Virus record (IMG/VR): IMGVR_UViG_3300024999_000044
Coordinates: 64,001 to 128,000 of that record
Source of the DNA: a virus
Direction: 5' to 3' (one strand)
DNA: 64,000 nucleotides
Under the pieces are notes generated by a model. The model saw only the letters and a list, made by a program, of their open reading frames with translations, ran no database searches and was not told the DNA's origin. Below are positions 57,407 through 64,000 of the stretch, one piece after another (positions within the stretch are counted from its first letter, which is position 1; every line of letters begins with the position of its first letter). The position numbers were made by a program, and so were the translations under genes.

Positions 57407-58213
57407 GTGGAAATCACACGTAGATCTATAGTACGCAGATCCATTTTAAGGGAGTACTGTACTTGCAGCAACGCCTTAGTTATATCCGTAAATGATATCC
57501 CCTGGATGGTGTCTGGGGATAATATGGGCGTGGATGAATTTGACGAGTTTTTACTGGGATTGTCGATATGCCCAACTATCTACTTTTCAGAACCTATTTC
57601 TAAATGCCATGCTAAGATGCGCCACGCAATTGAAAGGGGTATAAGTGTCACACTCAGTACTTATCATATACCAAATGGTGAAATAGTAAAACTGCTTTCG
57701 GGAAACCCCTGGAATTCAATTTGGATTCATATTGATCCTGTGGGAAAATTTCTAGAAACTTTATATGGAACCGGGGCTCGGAGGGGTGAAACCCTCCTGA
57801 AAATGTTTCATAAAGCCAAAAAATATGGAATTTCTCTCTCCTTAGAAATAGATGTACCCACACGCATCGGAAAGTTTTTAGACACTCTAGAGATAATAGA
57901 GATTTCTAAAAATTTCATAACAGATATGTATGTGTGGGAGCTTCCTATGACTGGTGATCCTACATCTTATGACCCTTCTTTGATGACAAGTGGAGATTTC
58001 ATATCCAGGATGTCTTCTTTTGTAAAACACAAAAGAGTTACTGTAGAATCAATGGGTGTTAAGTGGGGAAACACTACACGAATTAGACATTTCACTAAGA
58101 ACAAGTCCTTTGGGTACAGTTTCATGCACAGGAAGATAGATTTTGGTAAATTTGAACATGGTATGGATGTGGAGGAACCATGCCCTATATGTGGGATGAC
58201 TAAATTTACCTAA
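57407..58213 (+). CDS. hypothetical protein
   Basis: 268-aa ORF, GTG start after ttaggaggtataaa; C-terminal CPICG. Confidence 0.5.
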   Translation: MEITRRSIVRRSILREYCTCSNALVISVNDIPWMVSGDNMGVDEFDEFLLGLSICPTIYFSEPISKCHAKMRHAIERGISVTLSTYHIPNGEIVKLLSGNPWNSIWIHIDPVGKFLETLYGTGARRGETLLKMFHKAKKYGISLSLEIDVPTRIGKFLDTLEIIEISKNFITDMYVWELPMTGDPTSYDPSLMTSGDFISRMSSFVKHKRVTVESMGVKWGNTTRIRHFTKNKSFGYSFMHRKIDFGKFEHGMDVEEPCPICGMTKFT

Positions 58214-58223
58214 GTAACATAAA

Positions 58224-58259
58224 AATAATAGGCTAGCCACTGACGGCTAGCCTATTATT
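58224..58259. terminator. bidirectional terminator hairpin (15-bp perfect stem) between convergent genes
   Basis: aataataggctagcc actgac ggctagcctattatt; stop codon of the minus-strand gene lies inside the stem. Confidence 0.65.
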
Positions 58260-59074
58260 ATGTTCTTAAACATTTCCTTAAATTCACTGTGATACATAAA
58301 CCTAAAATCAATAGACCCTCCCTCTACGTGATCCCGCAAGGTCTTCACCCTTTTGCTCCTTCCATCCTCGGTAATAAAGAGTACTCTTGGGAATGGGGGG
58401 GTACTAAAGGCTTTAGTCCATTTCTCTTTTACCCAAGTTCTAGACATGTAGTATTCCTTATACTTATCGAGTTTATCCCTAATATAGGGGATATCCTCCG
58501 TGCCAAGATCCACTTCGATGTAAAACACATACCCCTTTCCTCCATACATAATAAAGACAAACATATCAGGTATCAATCGGTTATCACTATAATAGTAGGG
58601 TTCTTCCACTTTATACAGAATAACCTTACCTCCAATGTTATTGACTACCTCCCTGATCATACATTCATATTCATTTATAAAGACTTTATGTTCCCAACCT
58701 AGAAATAAGCTGCGATTACCCACTAAATCTGTTGTGATAGGCTTGTTGTATTTTTCTAATCCTAGAAGTAATATTCCAGCTCTATCCAAGCAGATATACT
58801 GTTGGCTACTACCTTCCCCCAACCCCACAGAAGGATATATTTTATCCAGTACGTGCATTCTGTATAAAGTTTTTAACCTTCGATTAAGGACTGCGGTACT
58901 CCCAAATTCTGGATACAACCTCTCCAATTGGTCTCTTCTGAGTAACCTCCTTTTGTTATTTAATAGGAGCCTAAGAAGACCAATATCCCTATCAGTTATG
59001 TTTTTGCAGTTTTCCTTTACCCACATCTTAGTAACTTGCTTAACTTCCGGCCTGTCATATTTTCTACATATCAC
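58247..59074 (-). CDS. wHTH plus nuclease-like protein resembling the 'replication-relaxation' (Replic_Relax) family
   Basis: N-terminal winged-helix-like 'ITDRDIGLLRLLLNNKRRLLRRDQLERLY'; C-terminal 'VFYIEVDLGTEDI' (E.D.GTE motif) as recalled for Replic_Relax proteins. Confidence 0.45.
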   Translation of the reverse strand: MICRKYDRPEVKQVTKMWVKENCKNITDRDIGLLRLLLNNKRRLLRRDQLERLYPEFGSTAVLNRRLKTLYRMHVLDKIYPSVGLGEGSSQQYICLDRAGILLLGLEKYNKPITTDLVGNRSLFLGWEHKVFINEYECMIREVVNNIGGKVILYKVEEPYYYSDNRLIPDMFVFIMYGGKGYVFYIEVDLGTEDIPYIRDKLDKYKEYYMSRTWVKEKWTKAFSTPPFPRVLFITEDGRSKRVKTLRDHVEGGSIDFRFMYHSEFKEMFKNIIIG

Positions 59075-59080
59075 TTATGA

Positions 59081-61984
59081 TCATCCTTCCGTTAGACCTA
59101 GCTCTTCTAGATGAAGGAGCATATCCTCATCTATGTTTACACTACGATTCATATGATCCGCTACATCATCCAATAGCCTATTTTTCTGTCTACGAAGTAC
59201 CCTTTTCGTATCCTCCGGTTCATCAGATGTGGTAAGACATTTTCTCTTCAGCTCCCCTTCCCCTTTAGTAGTGGTTACTTCGCTCAGGTCATCTACACTT
59301 ATCTGGATGTTGCTGCCTCTAGAATATATGTCTTGCTTTACAATCTCTTTGTCTTCCCCGAAATCTTCTGCACATTTCGTATATAGGTCCATATTGTCAT
59401 ACTTAGGTAACCTACTTTCTGGGTCTAGGATTGCCTTAGCCATAAATGAAGGAGTACTTTGACCCGTAGAGCCATACATCTTTAATCTAATTATGGCATG
59501 CCATTGTGGCATACCTTTAGCCACATCTTTAACTTTGAATTCTGGCTCAACTACACTCTTTAGCTCATCTAGATTATCCTCGTCAGTCTGAAAAATCATG
59601 TAATGTGGCCCTGCTTGCCTCATAATCTCTGGTAGGTTCTTATCGGTTTTCTTTAATTGGGACCACCCATGAAACATAAATACTAATCCACATCTATACT
59701 TTCTATATCTGGTCAACATCTGTTGCCATCTTTCACTACCTTTTATGTAATGGTCTGGTTCATCTAACATTAAAAAGCATGGTGGTCTATCATCTTCTTC
59801 ATCAATATCTTTTCTGCTAATCATGGCAAGGTTGAACTTAGCCATGATAAAGGAGATAAGAGCAGTAACAATAGGTTCCCCTAAATCTTCATCAGCATAG
59901 ACAAGAACCATATCACCCTCATCCATCCATTTCCTAAAATCTACTAGATAGTTGCCTTCCAAGTCTTTTTTAGGCCTCTGTAGAAGTATATTTTTCACTG
60001 CACTCTTACGTGTAATCTTGTACAACCTACGAAAAGTTTGGTCACATATGGAGGAACGCTCTTCCTTGGTGTAGTCATTGTGATATCTCTCCCAGTCAGA
60101 GCGTAACTCAAAATCAGTAATGCTGGAAATTATGTTTGCCCTATAATCAGGGTCACTCATCATTCTCATAACATCTTGTATGGTCGCATCTGGGGTGGTC
60201 CAAACAGCTTTAACAGCTAATTGAACCCAAGTCTCTGAAGTCATACTAAGAGCATTTCCAGCCACTAGTTCTATAAAATGTATTACTTCCTCAGCAAGAT
60301 TATCCTGTATATCTTCAGCCTCTTTGCCTCTAAATATTTCATTCCAGCCTATGCCAATTGGCCTCCTGGTGTTAGAAAAATCAATGATCTTAACCTTGTG
60401 CCTAAGCTCAGGAGGTACCCTTTTTAGTATTCTACGTAGTGCCTTACCATCTGCTGCATCAATGTACATAACACCATAGCCTCTAAAGAACGATTCTAAG
60501 GCAAAATTAATACCAGCGGTAGTTTTACCCGTTCCAGGCTCTCCCATAATAACTCTAGTCATACATAGATGGTTCTTATTTTTGGTGGAGTAATGAAGGG
60601 TTTTTATGATGCCATCCGTGTCTTCAATAGTGGCAAATGGTATGTTTTTACCATTCCCATCTTCAAAAGTTTCCTTAGGTACTTCAGATTCCCCTTTGTT
60701 GGTTACTAGGCTTAACTCATTGTAGTGATCTATTTGAGCCTTTTGGTCTGGCACATTGATGATCTTAGCTAATTCATTAGAGCACAGTACATCATGAACA
60801 GTATTGGGCATTATTCGGTTAATGACTGAATGTATCCTATTAGACTTTCTTTTTTCACTTTGCGTAGAAGATTCTACTAACTTGTTATCTCCCTCAAGGG
60901 GGTCAAATCCAGAGGTGATGGAACGTATAACTGCTTTTCTCCTCTCAGAATCTGGGCATTGAACAGATACACTTATGTTAGTGTCAAAAGCATCAGATTT
61001 GGCTTTAAATCGGGTGGAATTGGATTCTATACTCCCATTAAGGAATTTTTTGTTACCACCGAGGTTATCCGATTCCTCCCATTCAGGTATAAATGAGTTG
61101 CCAAACATATTAAGACCACCCTCTACAGCCAAACCTGCAAGCCATCCACCAGTTAGAGCTATTTTTTTAGCAGATGGTTTTTCACCTTTCTTTCTAGGCA
61201 CTTCACTAGTTTGCTTATGGGTATCTAGTAGTGACATCATAGAGTCATTCCACTCACTACCTTTCGGCCTTAGGCCGATTTGTAGAAGGGCTACATCCCC
61301 TTCTTTTAAATAATGCTTTGCATTTAAGATAGACTCTAGTATGGAGAAGTGCGGGTTATCCACATCCAAGGATAATAACTGGTGGTATTTCAGGTGTAGT
61401 TTTGTGACATCGGTAATGTTACTCCCAAATTGAGGCATAGGATCTTTTACCACCTTAACGTTAGACTGCTTCCAACATTTCATTACCTGCCGTGCTAACC
61501 CTTCTTTTATTCCTTCCTTGTCAGGTACTGTTAGGTAGAAACCAATTTGGTTGTGTTTGATTATAACCTCCCACCATACCACCATTTCCTGATCATAGGT
61601 CATAAAGTATTCCTCTGAGTCTAAGTTTATACGCGATGTCAGAGGTCTGTACAGCCTAGAGAATTCAGACATTAACCATTTTACATTCATATTGCTTGTC
61701 ATCTTGCTTGGGGAAATCTCCAGTGATGCATAATTTAAATCATTTTTCTTAATAGCCTTATCCCTAAGATTGCTGATACTTAATGTGACCTCTGAGAGGT
61801 CCGGCACATCTTCTTCATCGACTTTAACTCTATCTTCTCCCACATACAAGGGGTTTATCTTTTGTAAAAATGACCTAATAATGCCTTGCCCTTTAACCTC
61901 TTTAGAGTCAGAATCAACCCTAGGAATTATTCTAGGGTTGATAATAGTTTTTCCAATCCTCACAATTGGTGGAGTGTTTAACAT
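59081..61984 (-). CDS. 967-aa FtsK/HerA/VirB4-superfamily P-loop ATPase with approx. 450-aa N-terminal domain of unknown function
   Basis: Walker A 'GEPGTGKTT', Walker B 'CFLMLDEPDHY', 'YRKYRCGLVFMFHGWSQL' resembling the RK.G...TQ block of FtsK/HerA/VirB4 ATPases; ATPase in the C-terminal half as in VirB4/TcpF. Confidence 0.5.
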   Translation of the reverse strand: MLNTPPIVRIGKTIINPRIIPRVDSDSKEVKGQGIIRSFLQKINPLYVGEDRVKVDEEDVPDLSEVTLSISNLRDKAIKKNDLNYASLEISPSKMTSNMNVKWLMSEFSRLYRPLTSRINLDSEEYFMTYDQEMVVWWEVIIKHNQIGFYLTVPDKEGIKEGLARQVMKCWKQSNVKVVKDPMPQFGSNITDVTKLHLKYHQLLSLDVDNPHFSILESILNAKHYLKEGDVALLQIGLRPKGSEWNDSMMSLLDTHKQTSEVPRKKGEKPSAKKIALTGGWLAGLAVEGGLNMFGNSFIPEWEESDNLGGNKKFLNGSIESNSTRFKAKSDAFDTNISVSVQCPDSERRKAVIRSITSGFDPLEGDNKLVESSTQSEKRKSNRIHSVINRIMPNTVHDVLCSNELAKIINVPDQKAQIDHYNELSLVTNKGESEVPKETFEDGNGKNIPFATIEDTDGIIKTLHYSTKNKNHLCMTRVIMGEPGTGKTTAGINFALESFFRGYGVMYIDAADGKALRRILKRVPPELRHKVKIIDFSNTRRPIGIGWNEIFRGKEAEDIQDNLAEEVIHFIELVAGNALSMTSETWVQLAVKAVWTTPDATIQDVMRMMSDPDYRANIISSITDFELRSDWERYHNDYTKEERSSICDQTFRRLYKITRKSAVKNILLQRPKKDLEGNYLVDFRKWMDEGDMVLVYADEDLGEPIVTALISFIMAKFNLAMISRKDIDEEDDRPPCFLMLDEPDHYIKGSERWQQMLTRYRKYRCGLVFMFHGWSQLKKTDKNLPEIMRQAGPHYMIFQTDEDNLDELKSVVEPEFKVKDVAKGMPQWHAIIRLKMYGSTGQSTPSFMAKAILDPESRLPKYDNMDLYTKCAEDFGEDKEIVKQDIYSRGSNIQISVDDLSEVTTTKGEGELKRKCLTTSDEPEDTKRVLRRQKNRLLDDVADHMNRSVNIDEDMLLHLEELGLTEG

Positions 61985-61988
61985 AACA

Positions 61989-62234
61989 CTACCTCCCCTT
62001 AAAATTTGGGTCGATTGAGGTAAAGTCCTTATAGAGAGTATTAGGTAATTCCTTTATACCCTCTACTGCTTTGTCTTTAACATATTGACCAACAGCCGTT
62101 CTAATGCCGGCCAGTATATTAGCACCAGCATCGTTTAGTTGTTTAGACATTTCATGAAATAACTCAGGGGTAACAAAGTACGCCAATGTCCCTAAAGCTG
62201 TGAAGTAGACTCCAACTTTTATCAATTTAAACAT
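61989..62234 (-). CDS. small membrane protein (one N-terminal TM helix)
   Basis: 81 aa; 'VGVYFTALGTLAYFV'. Confidence 0.45.
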   Translation of the reverse strand: MFKLIKVGVYFTALGTLAYFVTPELFHEMSKQLNDAGANILAGIRTAVGQYVKDKAVEGIKELPNTLYKDFTSIDPNFKGR

Positions 62235-62365
62235 CAGTATGGGATATGCAGCATAGCTACAACCGCCTTGTGTAGTAAGAAAGTAACAAGTTTAATAGCC
62301 CCCATACCAAGCAACACAGCTACACCAGCACTGGCATATAAAATGGTCTTTTTATTTACTTTCAT
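62235..62365 (-). CDS. 43-aa single-TM peptide (not in the ORF track)
   Basis: ATG after gggaggtaag RBS; 'ILYASAGVAVLLGMGAIKLVTFLL'. Confidence 0.4.
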
Positions 62366-62387
62366 AATCTTACCTCCCATAGCTTGC

Positions 62388-62930
62388 TTATCCAAATGAC
62401 ATAGTTGCTTTAAGCATAGCTGCCACCCAGCGTAAAAAGGCGAAGAATGTAGGCAACATGGCTATGCCCAAGTAAGCCCACCCGACAGATTTAACCCTAT
62501 CCCACCCAGCTTGTTTTTTGCCTGTAGCAACAAGCACTAGTCCGACTACAGCATACCCCCAAAGTATAGGTTCAGCTATGGCGGTTATAACATCAATTAC
62601 ACTTTGGAATCCTTTACGTATCTGATCCGCACCCGCAGGAGAAGACGCTACTGCTTTAGCTATTTCTGGGGTGGCCGCATACGCTGCCTTGGCACCCATT
62701 CTACCCCAGGAATAAGCAGTAAGTAGCCCAACTCCGAACTTGCCAAGCCATTCTATGTAATTCTGGTGTTTGACTTTATTTAAAAGCTCATTGGAGCCAA
62801 GAGTACATAAATTGGTGTGAGTCAATTCGTATGAAACTCTAGATCCAATTCTCACTTTCATCGTTGACATTGTCATTTTAAATAAAACCCCCTTGTTCAT
62901 TTTCTCTCCCTTGTATAGATATGTTGTCAC
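62388..62930 (-). CDS. polytopic membrane protein (3-4 TM helices); true start probably 62900 or 62876
   Basis: hydrophobic segments 'FGVGLLTAYSW', 'VIDVITAIAEPILWGYAVVGLVLVATG', 'VGWAYLGIAMLPTFFAFLRWVAAML'. Confidence 0.5.
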   Translation of the reverse strand: MTTYLYKGEKMNKGVLFKMTMSTMKVRIGSRVSYELTHTNLCTLGSNELLNKVKHQNYIEWLGKFGVGLLTAYSWGRMGAKAAYAATPEIAKAVASSPAGADQIRKGFQSVIDVITAIAEPILWGYAVVGLVLVATGKKQAGWDRVKSVGWAYLGIAMLPTFFAFLRWVAAMLKATMSFG

Positions 62931-63192
62931 AGAATGTAAATTTATTCAATATTTTCATACCTCCTTTTCCTTGTGTTAAGTGGCTGACCTCGCGGTAAAA
63001 AGAAAAGCCGAGAAAAGTTAGAACTCTGAAACCCTCATGAAACAAGGAATCGTACATGCCAGGTCCGTTTTTATTTAATCTGGACGGGTCAAAATGACGT
63101 TTGAGAATTTTATTTCTCCCCAGCCTGTCACATTCTTAAGCTTAAGAGAGGATTAAACTCGTCAGATCGGGAAAACTAGAATCAAGGAGGTG

Positions 63193-63291
63193 ATGGAAAT
63201 GCCAATTATAGGGGTATTAATGTTAAAACAAGCAGCTGTAGGACTCGGAATAGTGTATGTACTAAAAGCAGTGAGTTTATTAATCCAGTAA
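63193..63291 (+). CDS. possible 32-aa hydrophobic peptide
   Basis: strong RBS aaggaggtg; MEMPIIGVLMLKQAAVGLGIVYVLKAVSLLIQ. Confidence 0.25.
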   Translation: MEMPIIGVLMLKQAAVGLGIVYVLKAVSLLIQ

Positions 63292-63367
63292 TATGACATT
63301 TGCTACACCTAAGTTACAAATGATTTTTTTAGATTGAAGTAATCTAATATTTAGGGGGTGTAGAGAA

Positions 63368-63625
63368 ATGGCTAATGTAACTATGGTATTGATTCATAAC
63401 ATTAATGCTAATGTGGAGCAAACTTATAAATCTGATAGTGTGAGGATAATCCTGGATGAAGATACCAATTTGGTAAAAGTCACTTGTGTTGACACTGACG
63501 GAGTAGACTTAGTAGGGGTAGCTCCAATAGTAAATAAGACTTTAGGGAGTCTGGCATCTGCTACTGCTTATTATGAGAAGGTCATTAACCAGTTGTATCA
63601 AGGAGATGTGATACACGAATTTTAA
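63368..63625 (+). CDS. hypothetical protein
   Basis: 85-aa ORF with RBS ggggg; followed by tandem terminators. Confidence 0.5.
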   Translation: MANVTMVLIHNINANVEQTYKSDSVRIILDEDTNLVKVTCVDTDGVDLVGVAPIVNKTLGSLASATAYYEKVINQLYQGDVIHEF

Positions 63626-63631
63626 GCATTG

Positions 63632-63727
63632 AAGGAGAGAACTTTTTAGTTCTCTCCTTTTTTATTATTGCTCACACTCCTTCTTCTTTATATTGGAGAG
63701 AACTTTTTAGTTCTCTCCTTTTTTATT
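63632..63727 (+). terminator. two tandem copies of the same terminator hairpin (33-bp direct repeat)
   Basis: ggagagaac-ttttta-gttctctcc followed by ttttttatt at 63632-63668 and 63695-63727. Confidence 0.65.
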
Positions 63728-63756
63728 TGCAGTAAGTGTGAGAGGGGTTTTTATAT

Positions 63757-64000
63757 TGACTTATATTTTTTCAGGAGACAGCCCAACAGAATTATACTTG
63801 GAAGCATTAGAGGAAATCTTAAAAAATGGGGATGATGTATCACCACGAGGCAAGAGGATACTAGAAATCAGACCAGCAGTGTTTGAGTTTACCAATCCCA
63901 GGAATAGGGTTACCTTTGCTAAGGGTAGAGTCATTAATCCATTCTTCCAACTAGCAGAGTCCCTATGGATTCTTGGGGGTAAAAGTGATGTAGCTTCCTT
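63757..64000 (+). CDS. thymidylate synthase family protein (ThyA or dUMP/dCMP hydroxymethylase), 5' fragment running off the window
   Basis: 'YLEALEEILKNGD' resembles the ThyA N-terminus (YLxLMxxVLxxG); 'ESLWILGGKSD' resembles ELLWFLxGxTN; TTG start after gagagggg. Confidence 0.5.

Noticed and set aside
59081-61984. Terminase large subunit or portal-terminase fusion on the minus strand
   Set aside because: The ATPase domain is C-terminal, with FtsK/HerA-type RK...Q block and no C-terminal RNaseH-like nuclease motifs. The flanking genes are membrane proteins, not packaging genes.
1-64000. tRNA genes, integrase/attachment sites, CRISPR
   Set aside because: Visual scan found no T-loop GGTTCGAATCC-like motifs with cloverleaf context, no tyrosine/serine recombinase motifs, and no spacer-repeat arrays. 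Absence is provisional without tRNAscan/BLAST.

Overview
This window is almost certainly a contiguous piece of a large, low-GC, virulent tailed phage of a Gram-positive (Bacillus-like) host. It has a contractile-tail (myovirus, SPO1/Herelleviridae-like) gene set, with AGGAGG-type ribosome-binding sites before most genes. Nearly all genes sit on the + strand. From 5' to 3': (a) regulatory/auxiliary genes (His-rich small protein, sigma-70-family factor with a C-terminal HTH extension, PhoH-like ATPase, beta-helix tailspike, class II ribonucleotide reductase-like protein); (b) a complete morphogenesis module (giant HExxH protein, K/E-rich basic protein, portal, prohead protease, scaffold, major capsid, PVVE-repeat protein, neck proteins, sheath, tube, frameshifted chaperone pair, tape measure, NlpC/P60+3D tail lysin, baseplate genes, two paralogous enzymatic tail fibers and a 1113-aa structural protein); (c) an XhlA-like/holin-like membrane-protein cassette with no endolysin; (d) a replication/recombination/nucleotide module (SF2 helicase, DnaB-like helicase, CxxCxxCC protein, SbcD/SbcC-like pair, HNH endonuclease, DnaG-like primase, dUTPase, Hjc-like resolvase, second small sigma factor, ThyA-like fragment). 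The exception is a five-gene cassette on the - strand (58247-62930): three membrane proteins, a 967-aa FtsK/HerA/VirB4-superfamily ATPase and a wHTH 'replication-relaxation'-like protein. It is bounded by a terminator and a divergent intergenic region. It is the most unusual element and a candidate novel DNA-translocation, anti-defence or exclusion system. No tRNA, CRISPR array or integrase was seen. All family assignments come from motifs read by eye, not database searches.
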